Shown: positions 36,435 through 47,396, counted from the stretch's first letter. The stretch: 64,000 bases of DNA from an uncultured Candidatus Saccharibacteria bacterium (GCA_964510435.1 CAZEBU010000001.1:144791-208790); one strand, 5' to 3'. Made by a program: numbers and translations. Notes: generated by a model not told the origin, from the letters alone.

Positions 36435-37970
36435 TTATTTCCGGGAATGATTAAGGGAGTCCTCCGGGGCGATTATTTCTTTCCTCAATTTTACATTTAG
36501 CAAGACTATAAAGAAGGCGGCTATTCCTACTAAGATCAACCCCGTCTGCAAGGTAAAACTATCTACCGAAAAATACCCCAGCCCGCCAAAAATAATTGCG
36601 GTTCCCCAATAAAAAAGGGCTATCCTGCGTACACTCCACCCTCTTTTTAAGAGTATATGGTGTAGGTGGCCACTATCCCCACGCAGGGGATTTTTTCCTT
36701 GCATAATTCTGCGCACAACAGTCACAAAGGCATCCAAAAAAGGTATTAGAATAATTATGATCGAAGTTAAAATCTTGCTGCTAATCATGATCGATAAAAC
36801 CGAGAGCACCAACCCTGCAGAAACTGCCCCAAACCCCCATAAAATTTTGGAGGGGTGCCAAGTAAACTTAACAAAACCAAAAGCCAGTCCTGCAGAAATA
36901 GCTGCCATCAAAGCCACTCTTTTATGCTCCAGCTCCAAAGGATCAAACCTCAGCGCTAAAAGGACAATTAGGATGCTGGCGACACCTACTATCCCGGCGT
37001 ATTGCCCGTCTATACCATTAGACCAAGATAAAACATTTAGTACCCAAACAATCCAAAAAGTGGTGATGACAGCCGACACTAACGTGGAATTAAAAAAGAA
37101 CAAACCGCCAAAAGGGCTGGAAATATAGAAAATCCGTTCTCCTAAAACGGAGATGATGGAAACAATCAAAAACAGCAGAATTAGCCTAACATAAGGATTT
37201 TCCAAAAATCTCAGTTTTGATTCCGGGTGCGTGTTTTGTATATCATCTAAGATCCCTAAAATAGAAATAATCAATAAAGCCAAATAAAAGGGCCACAATT
37301 TAGGAGACAAACCTACAAATACTATAGCCATGACTAAAAACGATATTCCATAAATAAAACCTCCTCCTCTAGCAGAAGGTTCATCTAAAAGCATACCGGG
37401 ATGCTTATGGAGGGTGGGGTTGGTAACAATGTCCTTTTCCTGCGCGTAGGAAATAAACCTTGGCAAAACAAAGTGCATGGCTAGCATGGCAATGATACCG
37501 GGAACGATCAAATCCAGATAGAGAGGATTGATCAGCGGTTCAAAGGGTGTAGAAGCTTTAAACATTATCCTTAACAATGAACCTGTTAACAAAGAATTTG
37601 CACCAACGGTAAAAATGCCTATTAGGCTAATACCATACCTAATGTAGTACCTACGCACGGGAATGGCAAAAGCCAACCCTACGGTCATGATCACAAATGA
37701 GAGTAGCGGAATTAAATAAAGCATACTTTTATCCGCCAGCTGGTAGTCCCCCCACATTTTTGTGTACCACAAAGGGACTTCCAAATTAATAAACGCGTAC
37801 CTCATCCTCAAATATATAAGCTGAAAAACTATTAATAACAGGTTCGCCACAATTATAAAGTAGATCTTGTCCGAAAATCGTTTGTTTAGATCCTTGATAG
37901 TACGTTCCAATTTAATTTGAATTTTATTTAGGGTAGGATGGCTTTTAATAAACTTTTGTATGCTGTTCAT
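36435..37970 (-). CDS. MraY/WecA-family glycosyl-1-phosphate transferase with N-terminal membrane extension
   Basis: P.RGGG, GILDD, NVLSWSNGIDG, GDSGHLHH. Confidence 0.85.
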   Translation of the reverse strand: MNSIQKFIKSHPTLNKIQIKLERTIKDLNKRFSDKIYFIIVANLLLIVFQLIYLRMRYAFINLEVPLWYTKMWGDYQLADKSMLYLIPLLSFVIMTVGLAFAIPVRRYYIRYGISLIGIFTVGANSLLTGSLLRIMFKASTPFEPLINPLYLDLIVPGIIAMLAMHFVLPRFISYAQEKDIVTNPTLHKHPGMLLDEPSARGGGFIYGISFLVMAIVFVGLSPKLWPFYLALLIISILGILDDIQNTHPESKLRFLENPYVRLILLFLIVSIISVLGERIFYISSPFGGLFFFNSTLVSAVITTFWIVWVLNVLSWSNGIDGQYAGIVGVASILIVLLALRFDPLELEHKRVALMAAISAGLAFGFVKFTWHPSKILWGFGAVSAGLVLSVLSIMISSKILTSIIIILIPFLDAFVTVVRRIMQGKNPLRGDSGHLHHILLKRGWSVRRIALFYWGTAIIFGGLGYFSVDSFTLQTGLILVGIAAFFIVLLNVKLRKEIIAPEDSLNHSRK

Positions 37971-37991
37971 ATATTTTTATGTAAGGCAATA

Positions 37992-39545
37992 TTAACGAAC
38001 CTTGGGCGTATGATACAAATCCTTCATCCTTTTACCAAACATCATCCTTGTCTGTGCGTCAATAAAAGGGAAGAAAGAAAAAGTCAACAAATTAAGCATG
38101 ACAACAAATCCCTCAAGATTGATGGAGATCTTTTTAAGCAGTGACCAATCCTTGGGCATAGGAGGAGTTAGTTTTGCCCGGTAATAGGTGGGCGGAATTA
38201 AAAATATCAAAGTAAAGGTTAATATCCAACTCATAGCATCGGGCAGACTGTAGGCAAAGCTGCTCTGTTTGACCGCCGGATTGACTAAAGTCAAAATACC
38301 AAAACCAAAAGTTAGTAAAAAGACAATATTGAACCTAATTACCCTAGTTTTTATGTGATCGTATATCCAGAGAATTTTTTTGGAGGAAGAAATATTCTTA
38401 TTTTTCATAAAAACTTTCATGGATAGAGGTACTTCCAAAACTCCCCATCCCCACCTCAAAAGCTGCTTATATAAACTCTTGTGTGCCTCCCAGAAATTTT
38501 TTCCCTCCACAGCATCTGCAGAATAAGGAATATAGTGACTGGCCAGTTTAAATTCGCCATCTCTTACCAAATAGGCACGCCAAAAAAATAAGGTGTCATC
38601 TACCCCCAACTGTACATCCCAGTAATCAGCGTCGATCAGTGTCTGCACCGAACAGGAATAGGCTGCAAAAGTATCCTTAGCCAAAGTACTCAAACCCCAA
38701 GGCACACTTCTGCTGGATAGAGTCCCTAGGGTAACAAAATTTGCTTCTATCCTAGGCATGGAAGGAACACGCCAGTGATTATTGTTGAACAAATGGACAG
38801 AGGTAGAATAAAAATAGTTGTCTCTTTGGTCTGTAGTTAAATATAGATGAGTCAACCTGGCCATATATTGAGGGTTCGGTATATGATCGGCGTCAAAGGA
38901 AGAAAAAACATAGTTCCTCATATCTCGCCCTTTACTTTCCAGGTATTTGACAGCCTTGCCGGCACCCCACGTTCTGTTGGCACCTCCCACACCCTTAGCT
39001 TCCCCAGGGATACCTGCGGGATGAACAAAGATCAGTATCTCGTCAAACTTATTTTTATACGGCAAAACTATTTTCTTAATATTTTCCTTTGTCTTCTTAG
39101 ACGGCTTTTCTTCGATGGTATAAACCAAGGTAAAACTCTTAGTTGGGTAGGTCTGCGCCAAAAGAGCATCGAATGAATCTTTTAACACTTGGTAGGGTTC
39201 GTTCACACAGGGAATAAGTATGAAATGTTTAAAAGCTTCCAGTTTAGCAGGCAATGTTTTTTTGTCCGGGAGTTGGGAAAAATCCAGTCCCAAGCATTTC
39301 TTATTCCAGTCCTCTTCCATTTCCTTTTTATATTTAGGATATCCCACCGCCAAGCCAACCGTATTCATCACTGCCAAATATGACCAATACATAGTCAGAA
39401 AGGTTAAAAAATAAACCATAGCCCTAGGATAGATCAATCCTAGCCAAATGGGACTTAGGATAACTGTCCAGGTTAAAACCCCCGGGACAATTTCGAATAC
39501 CCTTTGTACTAACTTGTCATATTTTTCTAAGGTAATTGAGCTCAT
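37992..39545 (-). CDS. Membrane GT2 glycosyltransferase
   Basis: ILIPCVNEP, FDAD (DxD), QLLRWGWG (QxxRW). Confidence 0.85.
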   Translation of the reverse strand: MSSITLEKYDKLVQRVFEIVPGVLTWTVILSPIWLGLIYPRAMVYFLTFLTMYWSYLAVMNTVGLAVGYPKYKKEMEEDWNKKCLGLDFSQLPDKKTLPAKLEAFKHFILIPCVNEPYQVLKDSFDALLAQTYPTKSFTLVYTIEEKPSKKTKENIKKIVLPYKNKFDEILIFVHPAGIPGEAKGVGGANRTWGAGKAVKYLESKGRDMRNYVFSSFDADHIPNPQYMARLTHLYLTTDQRDNYFYSTSVHLFNNNHWRVPSMPRIEANFVTLGTLSSRSVPWGLSTLAKDTFAAYSCSVQTLIDADYWDVQLGVDDTLFFWRAYLVRDGEFKLASHYIPYSADAVEGKNFWEAHKSLYKQLLRWGWGVLEVPLSMKVFMKNKNISSSKKILWIYDHIKTRVIRFNIVFLLTFGFGILTLVNPAVKQSSFAYSLPDAMSWILTFTLIFLIPPTYYRAKLTPPMPKDWSLLKKISINLEGFVVMLNLLTFSFFPFIDAQTRMMFGKRMKDLYHTPKVR

Positions 39546-40333
39546 AAATTAAAGAGATTGCGGGTATTTTCGCTGGAAATCTTTTCTATATTCCCATAAG
39601 AGGAATTTCTTATCTCCGCAATCTTTTCGGCTGTTATTCTAACATATTTCGGATAATTAACTTCTCCTCTGTGTCCTTGAGGTGATAAATATGGTGCATC
39701 AGTTTCGATCAGCAAATTACTTTCAGGTACTTTCTTAACCGCATCCAACAAACTTTTGTCCGCAGATGGGTAAGTTATTATCCCGGAAAAAGATATACAG
39801 ATATTTAGGTGCAGTAACTCTTTGGCAAATTCCCAGTCAGATGTATAACAGTGTGCAACACCTCTTAAATTTGTATGCTTGTAAAATTTTAAGGTCTCTA
39901 TAACCTGCCGGTTAGCGTTTCGGTTGTGGATCACGACTGGGAGGCCTTTTTTCACTGCCAAACCAACTTGCAGCTTAAACAACTCCTCTTGTTCTGCAAG
40001 GTCTCTCGTTTTATAAGAAACCTCACCTTCAGGAATATCCAAACCGCACTCTCCTATACCAACAATTTTTTTCCTGGAAGAATTCAAAATTGCGGTTAGC
40101 TCTTGGTAGATTTCCTCCATGCTCTTACCAATATCTTCGTGGGGGTAAACTCCAACCGTGCAGGACACTTCGTCATATTCCCTAGCCGTTTTCAACACCC
40201 TATTGCTCTCCTTTATAGAGGTACCAATAGAAATGAGCTTCTCCACCCCAGCCTGCTTGGCTTCTTCTACGATTTCGGCGACACTTTTTTTGTATCTTTT
40301 ATGTGGGAGGTGGCAATGCGAATCAATCAGCAT
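39542..40333 (-). CDS. tatD: TatD-family DNase
   Basis: DSHCH, IGECGLD, VIHNR, HCY, IETDAPY. Confidence 0.95.
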   Translation of the reverse strand: MLIDSHCHLPHKRYKKSVAEIVEEAKQAGVEKLISIGTSIKESNRVLKTAREYDEVSCTVGVYPHEDIGKSMEEIYQELTAILNSSRKKIVGIGECGLDIPEGEVSYKTRDLAEQEELFKLQVGLAVKKGLPVVIHNRNANRQVIETLKFYKHTNLRGVAHCYTSDWEFAKELLHLNICISFSGIITYPSADKSLLDAVKKVPESNLLIETDAPYLSPQGHRGEVNYPKYVRITAEKIAEIRNSSYGNIEKISSENTRNLFNL

Positions 40334-40345
40334 AATACAAACTTT

Positions 40346-41770
40346 CTAATCTAACCTTGGAAACAACATTTCGCCGGCAGTGATTTTTACTTTGCCAAAT
40401 TGTTGCTCTATCTTTTGAGCAGTATCGGGTATAAATGGCTTTATGTACTTGGCTACTTTTCGGAGCTCGCTTACCTCGTGGGTCAAAACCTCCCTTAGCT
40501 TTTCTTCCGTTTTTATTGCCCATGGCTCGTTTTTATTTATGTGCTTGTCCAGATCAGCCAATAATATCCAGATGCTCTGCAGTACTTTATCAACTCTATA
40601 CTCCTTCAGAGGTTCGAACAGGGCACCCTGCCAATCTACATTCTCATCGCCAACAGGGAAGTCAAACCCGGATTTTTGCGCAAGTGCCGCCACTCGTGAA
40701 ATGGTATTACCCAAACCGTTAGCCAACTCACCGTTGTAAACCTCTTTTATCTGTTTTAAAGAAAAGACTGAGTCCTCGGTAATGGGCCCATACTTAAGTA
40801 GAAAATAGCGTACCGAATCTACTCCAAACTGCGCTACTAGATCAGTGGGCCGAATAACATTTCCCAATGATTTACTAATTTTTTGACCTTCTAAATTAAT
40901 AAAACCGTGCACATAAACCTCATCCGGCAGTCGATAGCCGGCACTTTCCAGCATAGCAGGCCACAAAAGAGTGTGCCAACGTGCAATATCCTTACCTACA
41001 AAATGGACTATCTTAGTATCTTCGTCCCAAAAGCCTTTTTGACTACCTTCGGTAAGATAGTTGATCAAGGCATCAAACCACACATAGATCACTTGCTCCT
41101 CATCATTGGGAGCTGTTATGCCCCAAGATACTTTATACTTGGGCCTTGTAACCGTGATATCTCTTAAGCCGTGCTCTAAAAAAGCCAGCATTTCCGCTTT
41201 TTTACCTTGGGGACGCACTCTTAGTTCATCTGAGCTAATTTTTTCTTTGAGAAAGTCTTCATACTCAGACCATTTAAAAAAATAGTTTTCCTCATCAAGT
41301 CTTTGGATTTTTCTGGTGGGGTGGACAAAACACTGCCCATACTCGTTTAATTCCGTCAAGGTCTTGTGCGCCTCACACCCTTCGCAATAAAAACCTGCAT
41401 ATTTATCCTTGTAAATATCCCCATTTTTTAACGATTTTTCGAAAAACTCGGCCGAAAATTTCTTGTGATCTGCATCCGTGGTACGAATAAATCTATCATA
41501 GGAAATATTTAAAGCGTCGATCTGTTTTCTATTCTCCTGAGAAATATCCGTCACATGGTCCATAGGCGATAATCCCCTTTCTTCCGCTGCCTTTTGGTTG
41601 GTTGTACCATGCTCATCGGTTCCGGTTGTATAATAAACTGCTTCCTTGCCAAGCCTTAATCTTTCGTAGCGGGCTATGCAGTCGGCTAATATTTTTTCAT
41701 AGGCGTGGCCGACGTGAATAACGTCGTTGGTATAGTCTATAGCTGTTGTAATTAATATTTTCTTCTTCAT
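40346..41770 (-). CDS. metG: Methionine--tRNA ligase
   Basis: HVGH, GTDEHG, YVWFDAL, KISKS. Confidence 0.96.
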   Translation of the reverse strand: MKKKILITTAIDYTNDVIHVGHAYEKILADCIARYERLRLGKEAVYYTTGTDEHGTTNQKAAEERGLSPMDHVTDISQENRKQIDALNISYDRFIRTTDADHKKFSAEFFEKSLKNGDIYKDKYAGFYCEGCEAHKTLTELNEYGQCFVHPTRKIQRLDEENYFFKWSEYEDFLKEKISSDELRVRPQGKKAEMLAFLEHGLRDITVTRPKYKVSWGITAPNDEEQVIYVWFDALINYLTEGSQKGFWDEDTKIVHFVGKDIARWHTLLWPAMLESAGYRLPDEVYVHGFINLEGQKISKSLGNVIRPTDLVAQFGVDSVRYFLLKYGPITEDSVFSLKQIKEVYNGELANGLGNTISRVAALAQKSGFDFPVGDENVDWQGALFEPLKEYRVDKVLQSIWILLADLDKHINKNEPWAIKTEEKLREVLTHEVSELRKVAKYIKPFIPDTAQKIEQQFGKVKITAGEMLFPRLD

Positions 41771-41779
41771 GAAATAATT

Positions 41780-42142
41780 CTACCTTTTGCTTCTAACTTG
41801 TGAGAAAAGCAAAAAATATAATACCAAAAATAAAATAATATTAAGAGTATTGTCTAATGCAAAAGCCTTCAACCCAAGGAAAAAAACAATACCGAAAGAG
41901 GTAAAAAGCGCCCATTTAAAACTTTTTCGATACAAAAATCTCAGATTACTAAAAGTAGGCACTTTGGCGTGAAAATAGAAGTAAACAGGCAGGGACAGGG
42001 TTAGCGTGACGGCAATAAACATCACTCCCAAAAAAATTATTATTTTATCAATGCTGGCAGGTGGTGTTGTATCCACATAACGGTATAAACCAAACCAAGA
42101 AAGAATACTCAAGAAAATTATCGTGTAGATAAACTTGGGCAT
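41780..42142 (-). CDS. Hypothetical membrane protein
   Basis: About 4 TMs. Confidence 0.65.
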   Translation of the reverse strand: MPKFIYTIIFLSILSWFGLYRYVDTTPPASIDKIIIFLGVMFIAVTLTLSLPVYFYFHAKVPTFSNLRFLYRKSFKWALFTSFGIVFFLGLKAFALDNTLNIILFLVLYFLLFSQVRSKR

Positions 42143-42197
42143 ACTAAGATAATATCATTATTTAAAATAAATCTTCCTTGGTCTTATCTGTTAAAAT

Positions 42198-43274
42198 ATG
42201 CTCATGATCGACTTGCAATCCTTACTCATTTTGATACTTTTAGTGGCCGGAACCGCAGGTATAATTATTTTTGCTTTCACACAAAAAATGAATAAGCTGC
42301 AAAATGAGCTGAAAGACGATGAGGATGATAAAGTGCTTATGGAGTGGCTTAAAGACATGAAAGGTTCTGTGGAAAAAGGTTCAGAGGTATTAGACCGTAA
42401 GCTTAAAGATCAGAATCAAACTTTGCAGGAACAACTTCACGGCCAACGAAAAGCCATGGCAGAACAAACAAAGCTTATTTGGGAAAGGCTGGAAAACTCT
42501 TCTAAAGTTATTAGCCAGGTGCACAAGGAATTAGGCGGCATATCAGAGTTCGGCAAAGACATGAAGGATCTAAGTAACATCTTAAAATCCCCCAAATTGA
42601 GAGGGGGTTTAGGTGAGCAATTCTTGTACGAAATATTGGAGAACTCTCTTCCCAAGGAATTATTTAAAAAGCAATACAAGTTCAAAGACGGTGGTGTCTG
42701 CGATGCGGTTGTCAAAACAGAAAAAGGATTGATCCCCATAGATTCAAAATTCCCTATGGAAAATTTCAAGGAGATGCTGACGCAAGAGTCTCAGGAAGCA
42801 CGAAACAAGTATAAAAAGGTTTTCATAAAGGATGTCAAAAAAAGAATTGAGGAAATTTCCTCTAAATACATCCTCCCGGAAGAAGGTACCTCCGACTTTG
42901 CCGTGATGTACGTTCCTTCGGAAAATGTTTATTACGAACTGGTGGTGAACACACCGGAAATAGAAGAATACTCCAGGAAGAAAAAGGTTTTCATTACCTC
43001 TCCCAATACCTTAAATTACCAAATGCGCGCTATTCTTGTAGCCTATCAGCAAAGCGAGCTGCAGAAACATGCCGGAGATATTTTGCAATCCCTAAGCGGA
43101 ATAAAATCTGAGGCGGAAAAGTTTGACGAGGAGCTGGGTGTATTAGGAGGGCATATCACCAGAACATATAAGGCGATGGATGGTGTTAAGATAAAATTCA
43201 CTAAGTTATTTGGAAAAATCGAAAGTACTCAGGCTTTAGGAGATCCTCAAGAAAAACAAAAAAAGCTTATCTAA
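42198..43274 (+). CDS. rmuC: DNA recombination protein RmuC
   Basis: TM + coiled coil; RGGLGE, PIDSKFP, DFAVMYVPSE (start may be 42204). Confidence 0.93.
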   Translation: MLMIDLQSLLILILLVAGTAGIIIFAFTQKMNKLQNELKDDEDDKVLMEWLKDMKGSVEKGSEVLDRKLKDQNQTLQEQLHGQRKAMAEQTKLIWERLENSSKVISQVHKELGGISEFGKDMKDLSNILKSPKLRGGLGEQFLYEILENSLPKELFKKQYKFKDGGVCDAVVKTEKGLIPIDSKFPMENFKEMLTQESQEARNKYKKVFIKDVKKRIEEISSKYILPEEGTSDFAVMYVPSENVYYELVVNTPEIEEYSRKKKVFITSPNTLNYQMRAILVAYQQSELQKHAGDILQSLSGIKSEAEKFDEELGVLGGHITRTYKAMDGVKIKFTKLFGKIESTQALGDPQEKQKKLI

Positions 43275-43287
43275 GATGTAGGTGCAC

Positions 43288-43336
43288 AAAAAAGAAAGCC
43301 CCAAAAGGTTACTGAATATATTCACCTTTTGAGGCT
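43288..43336 (-). terminator. Intrinsic terminator
   Basis: AGCC..AAAAGG..TGAA-loop-TTCA.CCTTTT..GGCT with U tract on the minus strand. Confidence 0.65.
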
Positions 43337-43352
43337 CGTTTTGGCCATGCTT

Positions 43353-43577
43353 TCAAGTTCGCCTGATAACGAACGACCCATACAACCACAGCGACAAGAA
43401 AAACACTCCCATGAACATGAAGAGAATGACAGTTACAGCAGGCCAGTATTTTGAAAATAGCACACCCGAGAGTAGTGCTAGTCCACCTACGATCGAACTG
43501 CCAGCACCTACCAAGAAACAGTAATCAAGCACATACGGATCTTGGATCTTAGGCAACCTCGCAATAAACTTGTCCAT
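43353..43577 (-). CDS. Small 2-TM protein (accessory)
   Basis: SD AAGGAGAGGAG before ATG; upstream TATAAT. Confidence 0.65.
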   Translation of the reverse strand: MDKFIARLPKIQDPYVLDYCFLVGAGSSIVGGLALLSGVLFSKYWPAVTVILFMFMGVFFLSLWLYGSFVIRRT

Positions 43578-43658
43578 AACTCCTCTCCTTTTTTAGTGTT
43601 TCTGATAATTGTTAGTCATTTACCAACCCAACAATTATACTATAGGCCTCACCACCGG

Positions 43659-43925
43659 TCAACTCGTTTCTTGGGAATCAGGTAATCCTCTCGCATCCAT
43701 TAGATGCAACAAAGAGATGAGTAACCCAACCAAAAGAATTCCCACAAACCAAGCTGCGGGAACATACCACTCATTGACACCGTACCAGGCTCTCCTCAGG
43801 GTAATGAGGAACGCTGCACCAAAAACGATCTGGAGAACACAGACACCGAAAGTAAATGCGAAGAGCAAAACAGTCACCCCTCCATTTCCTAGTGCACCGT
43901 GGCTACCCCTTGCCACATTAGACAC
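43659..43925 (-). CDS. Small 2-TM protein (accessory)
   Basis: SD AAGGAAAGGAG before GTG; two hydrophobic helices. Confidence 0.55.
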   Translation of the reverse strand: MSNVARGSHGALGNGGVTVLLFAFTFGVCVLQIVFGAAFLITLRRAWYGVNEWYVPAAWFVGILLVGLLISLLHLMDARGLPDSQETS

Positions 43926-43977
43926 AACAGACTCCTTTCCTTATTCGTTTATATTAGGCATACGATATAATCCTTAT

Positions 43978-46833
43978 ATGCCAAAAGCTAGTAAATTGCA
44001 ACTCAACAAAGAGCAAAAGAGGGCTGTACTGCATAAAAACGGTCCTATTTTAGTCATCGCCGGGGCCGGTACCGGAAAAACCAGGGTCATCACAGAACGT
44101 ATTAGGCGCCTGCTTAAAGATAATAAACATAATTCTCAAGAAATTCTTGCTCTTACCTTCACAGATAAAGCCGCACGGGAAATGAGTGAGCGGGTTGGGG
44201 ACATCATGCCTCTGGGATACGAGGAGCCCTGGATCAACACGTTTCATGCTTTTTGTGACAAAATATTAAGGATGGAGGGAATAGAAATAGGCCTAGACCC
44301 ATCCTACAAAATTCTTTCCGGACCGGATCAGTGGCTACTTTTTAGAAAAAACATCTTTGATTTTAATCTCAAGTATTTTCTCCCTATGGGAAATCCTACC
44401 AAGTTTATTTCCGCTATTTTAAAATTTATTTCCCGGATGCAAGATGAAAACATTTCTGCAGCAGACTTCTCAAAATTCGCGGCAAACTTCCAGGGAGACG
44501 AAAAAGACAAGGAAAGATGGTATGAACTCACCAATATTTATAAAAACTATCAAGATCTTAAAATACAAAATTCTAAACTGGATTTTGGCGACCTCATTAG
44601 CTGGACCATACAACTCTTTGAAAAAAGATCCAATATCCTAAAAAAGTACCAACAGCAATTTAAACATGTTTTGGTAGATGAATTTCAGGATACCAATTAC
44701 GCACAGTTTGAACTTATAAAAAAACTGTGTCCATCAGATCTGGGAGAAAGAAGCCTCTTAGTTGTAGGGGATGATTCACAGTCAATTTATAAATTCAGAG
44801 GAGCTGCCGTCTCTAATATCCTTAAGTTTATGAACGATTACCCTGAAGCAGAAATGATCACCCTTACAAAAAATTACCGCTCGACACAAAATATCCTTGA
44901 TCCGGCATACAAACTTATTCAAAATAACAATCCTGATACACTTGAATCCAAATTGAAAATATCCAAAAAACTTGTCTCGGAAAATCCGGCAAAAGAGATA
45001 CCTGTGGAAATACTCCAAACCGAAACAGTCGAGGACGAGGTAGAGATGGTGATGGCCAAAATATACAAGATTTTGGCCAAGGAGCCTTCGTACACCTATA
45101 GAGATATTGCCATTTTAGCCCGCGCGCACAGTCACCTTGATATGTTTGTTTTAGCGCTAAGAAAACACGGCATGCCGTATCAGCTGGTAGGCAACCGCGG
45201 TTTGTATGACCAGGATGAAGTACGAAACCTCCTGGCATTATTAAAAATTATTATTAATCCCAAAGACTCCATCAATTTGTACCGGGCTCTAAATATAGAC
45301 TCCTTGGATATTCCTCAAGAACAAATCACTAACTTACTTTCACAATCAAAATATAAAAAACAGGGAATTTGGGAATTAATGCAGGAAGCTCAATCAGGTC
45401 AGCTAAGGGAGATGGTAAAATTAATTAGAAAATACCAAAACAACATCACCAAGCTCTTACCCGTACAGTTTGTTTACAATTTGGTCAACGAATCCGGTTA
45501 TTTAAGTCTTTTTCTAGAAGAAGAAACTATCGAAAACAAACTGGGTATAAAAAATCTGGATCTATTTTTAAACAAAGTAAAAAGGTTTGAAATTGACTAC
45601 CGTAGCGAAAACAAAGAATTACCAACCATAATAGATTTTGTAGATCACATTGACCTACTCATAGAAGCGGGCGATAATCCAGCACAAGCCGAGATCGAAG
45701 ACGTTGATACTATTAATCTTCTCACCGTGCACTCAGCAAAAGGCTTGGAATTCCCGGTGGTTTTTTTGGTCAACCTAGTAGCCGGGAGATTCCCCACCAG
45801 AAACCGCTCCGATGTCATAGAAGTGCCTGATGCTCTAGTTAAAGAAACACTGCCTTCCGGTGATGCCCACTTACAGGAGGAACGTAGACTGCTCTATGTG
45901 GGAATGACTAGAGCAGAAAAATACCTTTACATGACACTTTCTAAAAACTATGGCGGAGTACGGGAAAGAAAACCCAGTGGCTACTTACTAGAAACCGGAC
46001 TTAAAATAAAAGAGGTTAAACAAGAGGGAATTGCGGACAAAACGAAAGGCCAAAAAGCTCTCTTTGGCGTGAATTCAAAATTCCGAGATCCTATTTACAG
46101 CCAAACTGATTTTATTCCCAAATTTTTAAGTTACTCACAAATAGATACTTACAAGATCTGCCCCTTAAAATACAAATACAGCTATGTTCTTAGAGTTCCC
46201 TCCATGCCTAGCTATGCCCTAAGTTTTGGTATCACCATTCACGACACCCTCAGAGATTTTCATTCGAAAAAGATGTTTGAAGATGTTTCCCTAGACGAGC
46301 TTTTAAAAATATACGAAAACAACTGGCATCCTTTAGGTTACCTTGACGAAAAGCACCGTAATATAAGATTTGAAAACGGAAAGCAGTTGTTGGAAACATA
46401 TTATAAAAAACAACAAAAAGAAAATGTAAAACCTTTGGCTCTGGAAAAGTCATTCAATATAAGGGTCGGTGGGATAAAATTTTATGGGAGGATAGATCGT
46501 ATCGACCCTTTAAATGGAGGTGTAGAAATTATTGATTACAAAACTGGACGCGCTAAGACACAAAAGGAAGTGGACAAAGACGCTCAGGTAGCCTTTTATG
46601 CCATAGCTGCTAAAGAAGCCTTCAACATGGAACCAAAAAAGCTAACCTACCACTTTTTGGAAAGCGACGAAAAAGTATCTACTACCAGAAATAACGCGGA
46701 ATTAGAAAACATCAAAGAGGAAGTCGGAAAAGTAGTGGAGAAGATCAAAGAAGGAGATTTCACACCCCGTTCGGGCATGCATTGCAATTGGTGCGACTAC
46801 CAAGACATCTGTCCTTTTGCTTATAAAGGGTAG
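43978..46833 (+). CDS. UvrD/PcrA-like helicase fused to PD-(D/E)XK Fe-S nuclease
   Basis: AGAGTGKT, VDEFQD, VGDDSQSIY, HSAKGLEF; CP, GRIDRID, IIDYKTG, CNWCDYQDICP; start 43978 (TATAAT 6 nt upstream). Confidence 0.9.
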   Translation: MPKASKLQLNKEQKRAVLHKNGPILVIAGAGTGKTRVITERIRRLLKDNKHNSQEILALTFTDKAAREMSERVGDIMPLGYEEPWINTFHAFCDKILRMEGIEIGLDPSYKILSGPDQWLLFRKNIFDFNLKYFLPMGNPTKFISAILKFISRMQDENISAADFSKFAANFQGDEKDKERWYELTNIYKNYQDLKIQNSKLDFGDLISWTIQLFEKRSNILKKYQQQFKHVLVDEFQDTNYAQFELIKKLCPSDLGERSLLVVGDDSQSIYKFRGAAVSNILKFMNDYPEAEMITLTKNYRSTQNILDPAYKLIQNNNPDTLESKLKISKKLVSENPAKEIPVEILQTETVEDEVEMVMAKIYKILAKEPSYTYRDIAILARAHSHLDMFVLALRKHGMPYQLVGNRGLYDQDEVRNLLALLKIIINPKDSINLYRALNIDSLDIPQEQITNLLSQSKYKKQGIWELMQEAQSGQLREMVKLIRKYQNNITKLLPVQFVYNLVNESGYLSLFLEEETIENKLGIKNLDLFLNKVKRFEIDYRSENKELPTIIDFVDHIDLLIEAGDNPAQAEIEDVDTINLLTVHSAKGLEFPVVFLVNLVAGRFPTRNRSDVIEVPDALVKETLPSGDAHLQEERRLLYVGMTRAEKYLYMTLSKNYGGVRERKPSGYLLETGLKIKEVKQEGIADKTKGQKALFGVNSKFRDPIYSQTDFIPKFLSYSQIDTYKICPLKYKYSYVLRVPSMPSYALSFGITIHDTLRDFHSKKMFEDVSLDELLKIYENNWHPLGYLDEKHRNIRFENGKQLLETYYKKQQKENVKPLALEKSFNIRVGGIKFYGRIDRIDPLNGGVEIIDYKTGRAKTQKEVDKDAQVAFYAIAAKEAFNMEPKKLTYHFLESDEKVSTTRNNAELENIKEEVGKVVEKIKEGDFTPRSGMHCNWCDYQDICPFAYKG

Positions 46834-46836
46834 CCG

Positions 46837-47382
46837 CTATTGGGCCTCGTCAAGAGGTGAGTAGGATATTTGTATCATGGTACCTATTTCATCATCCAGC
46901 ACAACGGCCACACCCACATTTAACGAACTGTTCTTGGCAGAAATAATAGATGTGCCCTCGGATTCAAAGAAAGAGGTTATATCATATCCATTATTTTCCA
47001 GTTCTTTCCTGTAGTAGCTGGTCACATCCATAGGATCTTTATCTGAGGTTAGGGAAACCGATCCGCCCCTGAGTTCGTCTATAATCACCGTACCCACAAC
47101 CTTGGCTCCGGGGTAAACGGGAATACTGTTAGGAAAGTCTTTGGGGAGCTCTCCTTTGCTGCTAATTTTCAGGCTGCCTTCTTCTGTTTCGTAGGTAACC
47201 TCATATTCGTCACCGGATCTGTCAATGTCCACATCGGCAACACCCCCTCCGGAACTTTTGATAGCCTTCTCAATACTTTTCTCTATTACTCTTTCTGCAG
47301 CTCTCTTTTGCCAAGAGGAAAAAAACACAGCCCCGACAAGTACCAATCCGCCAATGATAACTATAGGAAGATACTTTTTCAT
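46837..47382 (-). CDS. Membrane-anchored hypothetical protein
   Basis: N-terminal TM; LPKDFP..IPVYPGA. Confidence 0.65.
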   Translation of the reverse strand: MKKYLPIVIIGGLVLVGAVFFSSWQKRAAERVIEKSIEKAIKSSGGGVADVDIDRSGDEYEVTYETEEGSLKISSKGELPKDFPNSIPVYPGAKVVGTVIIDELRGGSVSLTSDKDPMDVTSYYRKELENNGYDITSFFESEGTSIISAKNSSLNVGVAVVLDDEIGTMIQISYSPLDEAQ

Positions 47383-47396
47383 AAACTAAGTATACC

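Noticed and set aside
43609-43977. 123-aa N-terminal extension of the helicase-nuclease
   Set aside because: Antisense to an SD-led membrane ORF; TATAAT supports start 43978
45950-46833. Cas4 / CRISPR adaptation gene
   Set aside because: Nuclease domain is fused to a UvrD helicase; no cas1/cas2 or array nearby
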